Below, in pieces: positions 37,804 to 50,300 of a stretch of 64,000 nt of DNA. The notes beneath the pieces were generated by a model. The model was given only the letters and a program-made list of their open reading frames with translations, made no database searches and had not been told where the DNA came from. How positions within the stretch are numbered: position 1 is the stretch's first letter; the number at the start of each line of letters is the position of its first letter. The stretch spans positions 22,072,001-22,136,000 of the forward strand of contig OZ116699.1 of the NCBI GenBank assembly GCA_964199315.1, read 5' to 3'. Origin of the DNA: Orbicella franksi. Its lineage: Eukaryota. The position numbers and the translations under genes were made by a program.

Positions 37804-39867
37804 TCATTTCCAATTCTTTCTCCCTCTGAAATTTTCTTGGTACTTCTTCGTTTCTTGTCGCATCTTTTTCTTGGTGGCACCTTTAGCTGATCTCTTTGGT
37901 GGCGAGCTGCCGCCGCCGCCGCTGGCTCTTTGTCTCAGCGAATTGACGTCTCCAGTGTCGGCATGTGCTTTTCGTTTCCGAGATCCTCCATGGAGGTTCC
38001 AGATTCCAACAACACTTGAAATTGGGATTACCGGTGGGCCTTTTACAGGAGGATACCGCTGCCTTACTATGTCTGACGCTCTTTGAGCGCCTGGGTCTAG
38101 TTCAGTTCTACTTTCTCTTCGATCGAGCGACCGGTTACCTCCTGAGGTCGAGGGCTGTGAAATATCAGGCCCAGACGAGAGACTAAAAGAACTAGCTGCA
38201 GCTCCAGAAGTTCTACGTGATAGTGTATTTGGATGTGTAGTATAAGATGTGAATGGCAAAGTCGCAGCCGAAGAGTAGCTAGAGGACCTGTGTTGGGTGA
38301 TTCGAGTGGGAAGTGGGTTTGGAGTTGCAGAAACCCCTGGATTTGGAGCATGGCTTACAGCTTCTTTAACTCTAGTGGAAGCTACTGCGTTTGACGATCT
38401 GCTTACATTTTTTTCAACGCCAGGTTGAACCCCTGGTTTGGGAACTCTGCTCAATGTTGTTTCAACTCTAGGGGAAACCCCTGGGTTGGGAAGTCTGCTT
38501 ACTGTTGTTTCAACTCTAGGGGAAACCCCTGGGTTCGGAACTCTGCTTACAGTTGTCTCAATTCTTCTGGAAACCCCTGGGTTTGGCACCCTGGTTACAG
38601 TTGTTTGAACTCTAGGTTGAACCCCTGGGTGTGGAACCCTGGTTGAAGTTGTTTCCTTAGGTGACTCTGCGGTTTCAGCTGGTGAAAATTTAATTTCAGC
38701 TGATGTGAATTCATGTTCAGCTGGTGACCATTCGCGCTCAGCTGGTGACCATTCACGCTCAGCTGGTGACCATCCATTTTCAACAGGCGACGCCGGAGAT
38801 TTACTGGATTGCCGTTCTTGCTGGCGTAATTTAACAAAATGCTCCGCATTATGAGCCGCACTGTATTCGATAAGAGAAATGAAATGAGGATCCTGTGTGC
38901 CTATTTCAAGTCCGTTGTTACAATGTATCTCGTCTTCATTAGAAACTTCATCTTCGTCCAAAGAAGTGGTGATTGTTGTGGGAAATGTTGTGGGAAATGT
39001 TGTGTCTAGTTTCATGATATTTTGGCCTGGTTCCATTTGTCTTCCCTGAAATGCACTGCCTTCAACTCGCTCACGCTCACGATCACGATCACGATCACGA
39101 TCACGATCACGATCACTATCTCGATCACGATCACGATGATCATAATCACCATCGCGGTGTGACGAATGGTACCTGCGATGTTCCCTCTGATTGCGGTTTG
39201 AATTTGACTCAACAGGGGCTCCATTTTTCTGTTCTCGCCTATGGTGACTCCTGTGGTGATGGTCCCTCTTCCTGATGTCTCGGTTTCCATGACGGCGAGG
39301 ATCACTACGATGATCATCAGATCTCGAACGGTGTCTTGACACTTCCCTAGTCTCTTTTTGGTGACGATCTTTATATCGTACCCCTTCCTTCTCATGTTTC
39401 TGTCGTTCTTGCCTAGTACTGCGTGAGGAATTGACAATCATTTTCCCACTTTCTGCAGCATGGCCATCTCGCTGACCGTTACCAAGTAACGGTTCACTGC
39501 TGGCCATTTCTGCTGCCGACGTGTGAGCCCTTCGTTCCACAGTTGCCGACGGCTCTCTTCTACTGGTAGAAACTGGCTTCACTTGCCCTTCATTGCGTTC
39601 CACTGCTGAACCAGAGCAAGAACCTTCAAGAGGTGCATCCATCTGGTGTACACCAAAGTCATTGCTACTGGAACTGTTATCGTGAGAATCACTCGCTTGC
39701 GCTGAGATGTGTTTGGTCTTTGACCGAGGGTCTTTAGCAGGAGAATGGATGTCGTTGGTTAAGCGGATGGAAAGAACTGACCGCACCTCTCGTGGAGATT
39801 CAACAGGAAACAAGCAATGTCTCTCCTCTGCATCATCGACCAAGGCTTTCCAGTCGGGAGAACCTCC
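37804..39867 (-). CDS. SETX: SETX terminal coding exon: end of helicase plus a low-complexity tail of about 670 aa
   Basis: Acceptor ttgcag|GGAGGT at 39867, in phase 0 with the preceding exon. GGSPDWKALVDDAEERHC matches the post-motif VI helix of Sen1/SETX. Open frame to the stop at 37804. Confidence 0.85.
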   Translation of the reverse strand, partial: GGSPDWKALVDDAEERHCLFPVESPREVRSVLSIRLTNDIHSPAKDPRSKTKHISAQASDSHDNSSSSNDFGVHQMDAPLEGSCSGSAVERNEGQVKPVSTSRREPSATVERRAHTSAAEMASSEPLLGNGQRDGHAAESGKMIVNSSRSTRQERQKHEKEGVRYKDRHQKETREVSRHRSRSDDHRSDPRRHGNRDIRKRDHHHRSHHRREQKNGAPVESNSNRNQREHRRYHSSHRDGDYDHRDRDRDSDRDRDRDRDRDRERERVEGSAFQGRQMEPGQNIMKLDTTFPTTFPTTITTSLDEDEVSNEDEIHCNNGLEIGTQDPHFISLIEYSAAHNAEHFVKLRQQERQSSKSPASPVENGWSPAEREWSPAEREWSPAEHEFTSAEIKFSPAETAESPKETTSTRVPHPGVQPRVQTTVTRVPNPGVSRRIETTVSRVPNPGVSPRVETTVSRLPNPGVSPRVETTLSRVPKPGVQPGVEKNVSRSSNAVASTRVKEAVSHAPNPGVSATPNPLPTRITQHRSSSYSSAATLPFTSYTTHPNTLSRRTSGAAASSFSLSSGPDISQPSTSGGNRSLDRRESRTELDPGAQRASDIVRQRYPPVKGPPVIPISSVVGIWNLHGGSRKRKAHADTGDVNSLRQRASGGGGSSPPKRSAKGATKKKMRQETKKYQENFRGRKNWK

Positions 39868-41279
39868 CTGCAAGACAACAAAGATAAGAGCATGTAACTT
39901 CCATAATTAACCGCGTAAACAATTGGAGAACAGCCGATATCGAAACCTCTTCATAACTCACAGAAAAAGTATTCATTTGAATACTTTTCCAAGATATACT
40001 GGAATCTTGCAATTGAAGAAACACATGCAAGGATATTTCCAATATTTTCCTACCTTGAGAGTTTTCATGTGACCAAAAACATAAAGTGCATGTCGTGCTC
40101 TTGTTAGGGCGACACTCATTCGCTGCTTATCACTAAGAAACCTACAAACGAAACGGATACGTGTTGAGTCAAAGGAGAAAACGATGAAGATGAAAATGTG
40201 GTGAGCTTGTGAATGTGATAAAATTCTGGGGTAAGGTATCTCGCGGTACACACAGAGCATTTAACAATTGTTTTACTTAGATGGCTTCCAAAAATGGTAG
40301 ACCCATAACCCACGTAATCTCCGAACGTTCATTCTTATTAAGGAATCATGGAATAGTACCAATGTAATCATGTTAGTTTGGCTTCAGGGAGTGTTACTAG
40401 CTAATGAATGAATTAATGAATGAATGGATGGATGGATGGATGGATGGATGAATGAACGAATGAATGAGGTCTTTCTTTCTTATTGAAAAAACGTCAGTCA
40501 GGAGACGTGAGTCTTTACAATCAAGTCCTGAATGAACGTAAGATATATACAATTTCAAATCTACGTTATTTAATTTAAAATCTACAACTTAAACTCTAAA
40601 CAGAGAAAAATAGAAGTGGTTTCACACAATGGTAGGAGTGCTCGATACAAATGCATGCAGAGCGAAATACAAATCGAGATAGAAAGTACAGTTACTCGAG
40701 TTTCACGCTTAAAGCGATCATCAGACTGTGCCCTTAGTGGCGACTGAAACTTAAAATCTATGTAATATGACCAAGAAAAACTGTTTACCCTATAGAACCA
40801 AAACAATTCTGTGCTCGAACACAACTCAAAATGATGACATCTTTCTCCCTTCCCTGAAAATGAAATAGTAACATGCAGCTTATTGAATGATCACAAAAGT
40901 CGCACAGTTACCACGATATACGAAAGTTCAAAACTTACCTGAAAGCCATCAACTGTGTTTACTTCAATTGTAGCTTCACCTCTGGATAAACCCCTAAAAC
41001 AAGCACATACAACAGGGCGTCGACAAAACGAAACGTTTAAAAGCCAGGTGAAGCAAAAATGGAAAGCAAAGAGTGCAACTTTCCTTTCATATCGATAAGA
41101 TTTCTGTTCTACACTTTGAAATTAAAGAACCTGTACAGTCGTTTCAGAGGAAGCAGAAAGCCTTGAAAAAAGGTCTATAGTGACTGAATACAGTGACAAT
41201 GTTGCAAGCCTTCATACTGACGAAAGTCATGGTGCCATATAACTAGAAACATCCTACTTGAAGCACTAGAAAACGTTTC

Positions 41280-41314
<35 letters not shown>

Positions 41315-44300
41315 GCACAGGTGAGGTTTACAAAGTTTTTGATTCACACATTTTCCTAACAACAAAAATTATACTCACTCATCCATAAGCCTACTCTGAA
41401 TCTCGCCTTTCTGTTGGCGATATGGTGTGATAATGCCAACACTCTCCACGTACAGTATCTTTGCCAGATCACGGCACAACTTGACAATCAGATCTACCTC
41501 AGCTGGGTTAGATAATGCTCTGTAGACAACACCGGAAACAAAAATGGCTTTAAAGGAGCTCAGTCACGGTTTGCGCATATTGAAAAGTTTAGCCTCAATT
41601 GTTCAAATTCGTCGTTTGTAATCTGTGTTAATCTTCTCCATCCTTAGCCATCCTTGTTCCTTTACGGTTTATCATTATCTCTTTGGTGTTTTTCTTTCTT
41701 ATTAAACGGCTATTTTTAGGTTTCCTACCACTTAAGGGTGATTCTGTATGTGGCCAAAATAACTCAAAATACCGTGACTGAGCCCTTTTAACATAGGTTA
41801 AGATGTAACAAGGAACAGTCAGTCGACAACTTTTAAGGTGTACAGTATGACTCTTGAAGAGAGCTGCGAGTGAATTGCTGATAAATGTGTTGTCTTTCAT
41901 TAATTCTACATACACTAGACTATTGTACCGTGGTGTCTTTGGTCTTCAAAATGGCATAGGTGTGTGGGACAAGTGTATTGGAAATAAATGGACAAAAATC
42001 AATAAAGATCAAATCCGACATGCTCTCTTGTGGAAAAGTCTTATTCTTTTCTTCACTGTGAATGGCTGAAATCATGCAAATTTCTCGTACATTTGTAATT
42101 TGCACTGCAGTGGAAATAAATACAGGCGTATTCATAATTTTCTCAGTCATATCATAAATGAGTAATCATATCAAAGCTCGGACAATTAGGGATTTACCCC
42201 ACAAGTGATAGTTGAAAACTGTTTCAAATTGCACTCGCCCAAAGGTTCGTGCAATGCAAGGTGCATCCTTAATAACACTCGCATTCATACGATTACCTAT
42301 ACTAATTACCTATACAGTCCGTTTTTCCAACGACAGTTAAGAAAACGAGCTACAAGCAACACAATTTTAGAATGGCTAAGGAGAACTGGCAATTCCGAAC
42401 GTTGGTTATGGCTGGACATAAGATAATCATGGGCCAACTTTACCCTCTATCCTGAGAAATTTCCCCTCCACGGTGGACGTCAAACAGTGCATAGTGCTTT
42501 GCCAATGGAAAGGGCCTCTTGTCTAACGAGCTACAATATTAAGACAAATAGGTAGGACATAAAAACTCTCATACCATATTTTGGTTAACACTGTGTAAGT
42601 ATTTGATTATGATTATTTTATTTTGATTATTTATGATTTTGCAAGAGATTTTCAAACACAATCAAACAGGCATGCCACAGACTGACAAACAGATAAAAGG
42701 GTTAAGGCAATCTGACAGACTAGACAGACAGACAGACAGACAGACAGACGGACAGACGGACAGAGTGACAGACAAGGGCAGAGGGGTTGGGGATGTATGA
42801 ACTCAGTTGTCATATGGTATCTAAGACAGTGCTTTATGAAGTTCGCGCAGCAGGAAGTTAAAATATGACTAGTACTCAAGCAGACTTTAGCAGTCAGACT
42901 GCACAGATGATCAATTCAAAGATGACCACTTCACAACCAAGTATGAGAAATTACAATAACGTTCAGCCAACAATTCTTGGGAAGAACAGTTGTACTAAGA
43001 TTTGCAGTGCACCTTTACAAGTTGAGTAGTAAAGCAACACAAGAGCAGTTAGTCAACAGTATCTAACCTGTGGCTCCTGAGACAGTTGTTGTAAACATGG
43101 CTAGAAGGAAAGGCTGCAATTTCTGGATGCATTCGATACTGTTCCTCCAACATCAGTACTGGTTTCCCCATTTCTATGGATAATTTACACATTTTATATC
43201 CGTGCGAGCAGTGTGGCACAAAAGCCAATCATGATTATAATAAATATCGAAAAGATAACAGCCAAATAACGGAGCACCTGGTGCATGCTGAGGAAATAAC
43301 AGACGTTACGTAGAAATTATTTCAGGGGAGAAGCCAATCGTTGAAAAAAACGCAGGGCAAGCGACCAACACCTTTTCCCATTAAGCCAGACCGTGATACA
43401 GTGGTTTAAAGTTAGCGTATTGGCCTTGGACAAGGAACAAGTGTCGCCCCTGGTTGTTGAACGCAACCATGCTTGTTAAGATTCAGTTCCTCTCTTTTTT
43501 CTCTTGTTGACCATGATTTCAGGAAGAATACTGCTAAACGTTCGGTGTTTGGCTTTTAGTTACCCGTAAGTCCCTGTTGAAATAAAACCTGCACTGTTTT
43601 CAGGAACATACAAGTAAAAGAACGGAGTCGATGAGACAAACTGTTCATGCAGATATCCCTAAGTTGGAATATTGATAAGGAGCCAGCGCAATGTACTGGA
43701 TTTTAGAGAACAGTGCTACAACTTAGGTATCCAATCAAGCATACAACTAAGATTCCTCTAATATTTACCCTCTTTGTGATGCCTGAAGAATCTGTAGAGT
43801 CTTTCAAACATGGATCGTCCATATAACTTCTCTTTTGCTTTCTACAAGACGTGCATTCAGTAGGGATAGAGTGAAAATACCATATCTTAGAATTTGGCAG
43901 TTAAGTATAAATTAACGCCCAAGTCGCTAGTGGAGGGAAGGTGCCTACGAAGCCCGGGGGCTGCAACCGCAGTCACATCCCCAAGGCGCTAGAACACCCG
44001 ACTGGCCTGCCCAACCCGCAACCAAGCCACGAGCCCCCCGCGCCAAGCCCCTTACAGGCACCCGTCACACTCAAGCCAGACGGCATTGGTGGAAAAAAAA
44101 AAAAAATAAATAAATAAGTAAATAAGTAAATAAGTAAATAAATAAATAAATAAATAAAATAAAATGCTGAAAAGAAAGGGGGGGATAGGGAGGGAACGCC
44201 GAGAACCGCTAAACTATAATTCAATCCACAACGCCACACTAACAGAGCGATGAACACACTGCGAGCACATGGGACGACAACACATGTACTAACCAAATAT

Positions 44301-47300
44301 ACCGCTGGACAATGTAAGCCCCAGGGCTCTCACGACCATATGACTGTTGCAAACGCTACAGAAAAGCACCAAACGCTAAACAAACGCTAACAGATGGCCA
44401 AGGCACCAACAAACGCCTACAAAAACGCTACTGACCAGACTGGCTCCTGGTCATAAACTATGTAAAATTTCATTGAACTATATCAAACGCTACAAAACGC
44501 ACCAAACGCTAACCAAACGCTCACAGACGGCCAAGACACTGACAACCGCCTATAAAAACGCTACTGACCAGACAAGCTCCTAGTCGTTAACTATGTTAAA
44601 TTTCATTTAACTACATTTAACGTCCAAGTCGCTAGTGGAGGGAAGGTGCCTACGAAGCCCGGGGGCTGCAACCGCAGTCACATCCCCAAGGCGCTAGAAC
44701 ACCCGACTGGCCTGCCCAACCTGCAACCAAGCCACGAGCCCCCGGCGCCATGCCGAGGGGATCTCCGGGATGGAACAACCTGGAGTAAGGGGGCTTGGGG
44801 CACCAAGGCCACAGCCCCCAACAACCCCAGCCTGAGGCACCCACCCCCACTGGTACCCAGAGTAATCTGCTACCTGTTAAGCCACCAACTGGTAGGATAC
44901 ACGGACAATGGAACTAACTGGAGTTCGGATATAGATCTGGTAGGCATCACTAGACCACCACCCTAAGGTCTTGATAAGGTGATCTGGAACTCCCTGCACC
45001 GCTGCAGTTGTCGCTGCCCCAATATGGAAGCTATGACCAGAGTATGAGCCAGAGTACCCTGCCTCATTTAGGATGGACTGCACAGAGGATGATAACTGCT
45101 GCTGCGTAAGGGGACGACCATCGCTAAATATAAACAGTGGCCCTGGAGCGGACCCACGCAGAGACAAGTAATTGCCCAAAGCCGTTATGGGGCACACAGA
45201 GCCCAAGCCACGCCCTAAGTAGATATCACAACCCATGCGGAAGGGGTCTGTCTTGGAGCACTTGATACGGACTTTAAAACACGAGGGGTTCACTAAGGAG
45301 TCTGCTTGCACGTCGCTAACAGTCATATGGGTGTTAGGATCAAACACAGAGTTGACTGTGAACTCCCCGGCGTGCAAAGAACCAAAAAATCCCAAGCAGC
45401 ACGCAGCCCACAACATCGCATGGTCTCTAGTAGACAGGTCCAAAGAGCGCTGAATGACCTTCAGATGATTTACTGTGATAGGTAGGCGCCTAGGTGAAGC
45501 TGGACCCTGAACCCGCTTAATGCCCCTAAGTAAACGCTGCAAACGAAGGCAGTTGACTAAAGGATCTGGAAGGCCATGGTCAATATGAAGGGAGCGTACT
45601 GCTGAAAGATAGACCTTGATGGAGGAATGGTTCAGGTTATCTGCCAATAAAGAAGCAAAGCGCATGAGAGTCTCCTCATTGGCCGGGGGACTGTAGCCAT
45701 CCTGGTTTGCACGACCATCCTGGCAGCAAAAGTCTATAAATCGACGTTGGGCAGATCGGCACACTCGTTGGGTGGATGGTGCAAGACCTTGGGTAAGTAG
45801 GAACTGACACTTCTGAGTCAAGGCATCTGAAGCGCTGCCAAAAGGGAAGCAGGAATCTGGGATGGGGTCGGGTCGGCATGTGGCTCCAGGCGTCTGAACT
45901 GCTGAAATTGGAATCAAGAGAGTGCATCAGCAACTGGATTAGCTTTACCTTGAACTGATAAAGCTGTAAACGAAAAGGAATGACGGATGGCCAGCATAGT
46001 CAAATAATGCAGCAACACCATTAGGCTTTTGTCCCACGAGGTGCCAGACTTAAGTACAGCCACCACGGACTCATTGTCACATAAGAACTCGACCCACCGA
46101 GATACCCACTGAGGGCCCCACAGATAGGCTGCTACCACAATTGGGAAGAGTTCCTTATGCGCTATAGATAATGAACTTTGTGCAACTGACCAGGCACCAG
46201 AAAACCAGTGGGATTTAAAAATAGCTTCGTATCCCAAAGAGCCAGCTGCATCTGACGAGACCTGGAAGTCCGGGAGAGGGGCCCACGTGGGCATACAGAA
46301 AAAACTGAGGCCATCCCAAGTTTGGAACAGCTCCCGCCACCATGTTAAATCCCGTTGGAATTCCTGGTTAAGCCTAATGGGGTGATCATCGTGGCAAAAG
46401 GCACAAAGCAAGTTGATCATCCGGCGAAGGAATGTCCTACCCTGTGGGGCAACCTTGCAGGTGTGATGGAGGTGGCCAATCAGTGATTCCAGCTCACGAA
46501 GTTTACAAAAACGTTTTGCAGCCCACTCATCTAACAGTGTAACAATTCTAACTCTCTTGTCAGCCGGGAGGCACGCCTGAAGTTTTTCAGAGTCAAGTTC
46601 AATCCCAAGGATTGTAAGATGAGTCGCAGGTCCCTCCAGCTTATCTGGATGAAGTGGTAGACCAAGTTTTTTACACAGTTGAACACAGGTTTGAAGGTTG
46701 TTGTGGCAGACAGGGGAAGCCGGTGGGCCCAAGGTGAGGAAATCATCCAAGTAATGACGGAGAAATGTGACATCATAATTTTGAACCAGAATCCATTCAA
46801 CCAAGTCTGCAATGGCAGTAAAGATGAATGGTGCAGAACGCAGCCCAAATGGGAGCACCATATCCACAAAATATTGCCCATGCCACTTCATGCCAAGAAG
46901 GGGGCGATCATCCGGGTGGATTGCCACATTCCGATATGCACTGGCCACGTCGAACTTGGCCATTAATGTTCCTCGGCCCAGAGTCATTATGCCATCAATG
47001 AAGGCATCCACTGAAACGTACTGAACTGTAAACGGGGGCTTAGGGATGCTGTCATTAACGCTTTTCCCCTCAGGTGAGGAGAGGTCCAAAATGAGACGCC
47101 ACTTCCCAGGCTCATTTTGTAAGTAGGAGTCAATCACTGCTGGGTGTTCGGAAGAGCTATGCATGTTCGAAGATGCAGATTTGAGTGACACCAAGGAGGG
47201 GTCAAATCCTATCCGAAATCCATCCTGTATGCCAGAAATCACATAAGCTACAGCTGATTCATCGGGATGATGGCGCAACTCCGCTTGAAATTGATCCAGC

Positions 47301-50300
47301 TGTAATAATGAGACCTTAGAAACCAGAGATAACGGAGCAACAGAGACAGCTGTAATGCAGGGCGTAGCTGGAACTGAAACTGGAACTGAAGCTGGAACTG
47401 AAACTGGAATGGAAACTGGAACGGGACAAAACAAATTTGCCAGCTGAGGCAGTCCAGTCTGCTGGCCAGGCAACACAATCAAATTATTAAAACTATGTAC
47501 AGATACAGCATTGGGCGTACCTCGCCCGTCAGTACTGTCCCCTTCTCTCCCCAGGGGAGGGGGAGCCGGAACGAAGTCCAGCTGAGCGGGGAAAGGGGCA
47601 GTTAGCCTTGGTATGCTCTCCCTCGCAGTTGCTGCAGTTGTGGCGGAACCTGCACCTCCCAAATGGCCACCGGCATAGCCCTTCATTCCAGGAATGGCAG
47701 AATGGTGTACGTAAGTGGGGGTCCGGGTTGCCTGAGGAAGACTGAGGAAACCCAGAAGGGGAGGATGGCTTTGGCTGCAGTGAGGACGATGTTGGCAAAC
47801 GCAGATGAAAATTATATAGATCCAAATTCATTTTGGACCAATCATTAAGGCCCGAGGCAGCGGCATCACTTCTGAAGGCCAGATCGTATTCAAGCCAAGC
47901 CAGACCTGGATACTGACAGGCTGTTTGAATAATGAGGAGCTTGTACTTCGTCAGGTCCAACCAGCGCAGGGGATAAGACGCACACAGGACCAGCTGGAAA
48001 ATTGTGAAGGCCTCAGTCCAGGTAAGAATATCCTTAATTTCAACTTGCCTGCGTTTGGCGTTGGACACGAGGAGTTTACCCTCCAGGAAGGTCTGTGGTT
48101 CCTGTTCCACAGTGCAAAGATTTACCGTAAGCAGATCCGCCAACTCCACGAACTGGCCCTCTATGATCTTCTTGACCAATTTTGCCGGGATTGGTGCATG
48201 ACCCGGACCGACAATAAAAGCCTTCTCAGACTTGGTCACTGATGCAGAATTACCGAGGCTTGGCAGGCTACTGGCTACACTGGAACTAGCGAACGGAGAG
48301 GTGATGGGGGCCACGAAGCGGGCCGAGCTCGAGTCAGTGATGGCCGACACGGGAGAAAAAGTAGGAACAAAAGCAGGCAAAGTAAACATACCTGACGACG
48401 CCCCAGAAGCCACAGATGAAACGTTGGCATCACAAGAAACAGCAGTCGATTCGGAGGAGCTAGATGGAGCAACGCCAGCAGAAGTGCCAGGGACGGAGGA
48501 ATTTAACGGCGAGGGGGCGTTCCCTTGAATTGAAGAGATGATGGTAGGAAGGGAGCTTCCAAGTGCGCGAACAACAGCCTCCGCCATCGAATCGACGGCC
48601 AAAGGCGCCACAGGGCCAGAGGGAGCCATTGAAACCACTGTCGGCGCGGAAGACAACAGAGGGAAGTCCTCCGAACGAAGTCCGGCAGACAAGCTATTGT
48701 TGGTTGAACGAGGTGGGTTCGGCATGATGTACAAACCAGCGACGAGCGGGTTAAAGACGAACCAAAAACACGAGAGCGGGCGAAGAAACCCTGGTGGATG
48801 AATGACGAAATTTCTTTTTATCCCCAACTGGGAACCGCTACACTAAGCCCGCCAAAACTCCACACTATCGGAGCGGCGAGCACACTATCGGACCAGGTAC
48901 GAGAGAACGACGAGCGAGTTAAAGACGAACCACGACAGTTAAAGACGAAACACGACAGCGGGCGAGGATACCACGGTTGACGAATGACGAAATTTTTCCC
49001 AACTGGGAAACGCTATACTAGGCCAGCCAAAAAGCCAGGCTATCTGAACGGCGAGCACACTATCGGACCAGGTACGAGAGAAGTGAAGACGAACCACAAC
49101 ACGGCGGTGGAGACAGGACGAAACAAAAACGCCACAGTCGAAGATCGAAGAACTTCTGTTTTAACCGGGACAGCGACCGAGATAGTTAACGAAGCAATAG
49201 GGAGAACGCCGAGAACCGCTAAACTATAATTCAATCCACAACGCCACACTAACAGAGCGATGAACACACTGCGAGCACATGGGACGACAACACATGTACT
49301 AACCAAATATACCGCTGGACAATGTAAGCCCCAGGGCTCTCACGACCATATGACTGTTGCAAACGCTACAGAAAAGCACCAAACGCTAAACAAACGCTAA
49401 CAGATGGCCAAGGCACCAACAAACGCCTACAAAAACGCTACTGACCAGACTGGCTCCTGGTCATAAACTATGTAAAATTTCATTGAACTTTATCAAACGC
49501 TACAAAACGCACCAAACGCTAACCAAACGCTCACAGACGGCCAAGACACTGACAACCGCCTATAAAAACGCTACTGACCAGACTAGCTCCTAGTCGTTAA
49601 CTATGTTAAATTTCATTTAACTACATTATAAATTAACTTCACAAAGAGATTCAGAGATTGACAGTTTCAGCCAAACACACCTGCGTGATCTGCCAAAACT
49701 GATACGTAAAGGCTTGAGAAACTAAACAGGATACGACCCAAACGGTAACATTACTCCAAAACGATAGAAAAACAGCAAGCAGCGGAACTAAACACTGACT
49801 TAGCTTTGACATACCATTGACAATACAGTGGACGGCAACTGTTCGGGATCTCCAACGAGCACCAGTTTGGATGCTTGAAACCACAGTGGTATGAGTAAAT
49901 CCAGTTCATTACACTGACAGGCCTGCAAAATACTAGTTTTTTGTAAGAAATTCCACGTTTATTCTGCTGTTGTTTTCTTTTGATACATACATGGCAATTT
50001 TCTTTAACAGTCATTTCAGAAAAAGGAACATTTTTTTTTACGAAAGGAATGTTTTGATAGGAACGTCTCTCGTGGCCAGTTACAATATTAAATTTTAGTT
50101 ACGAGGTTACGACAATGGATAACATACATAAGTAGAATAACAACAGCTTCAACAAAAGAACAAGAATAAACAAAAATATGTCTATTTGATTCCAGTCTTA
50201 CCTCATCCACGATAACACAAGTGAAAGGGCAGACACGTCTACAACGTGACAAAACAAGGTAAATTAAAAACAAATCAAGTCATTGTTAAAAGCTGGTGAC

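Larger units (their letters stand above)
43917..49626 (-). mobile_element. Ngaro-type tyrosine-recombinase (DIRS order) retrotransposon with split direct repeats, in a SETX intron
   Basis: Sense order A1(49626-49204)-gag-RT/RNaseH-YR-B1(44750-44617)-A2(44616-44194)-spacer-B2(44045-43912). The A copies are 423 bp and nearly identical. No methyltransferase domain follows RNase H, which favours Ngaro over DIRS1/PAT. Confidence 0.9.

Noticed and set aside
38330-38800. Regular 48-bp and 21-bp repeats resembling a CRISPR array
   Set aside because: There are no unique spacers; these are in-frame coding tandem repeats in a eukaryotic exon.
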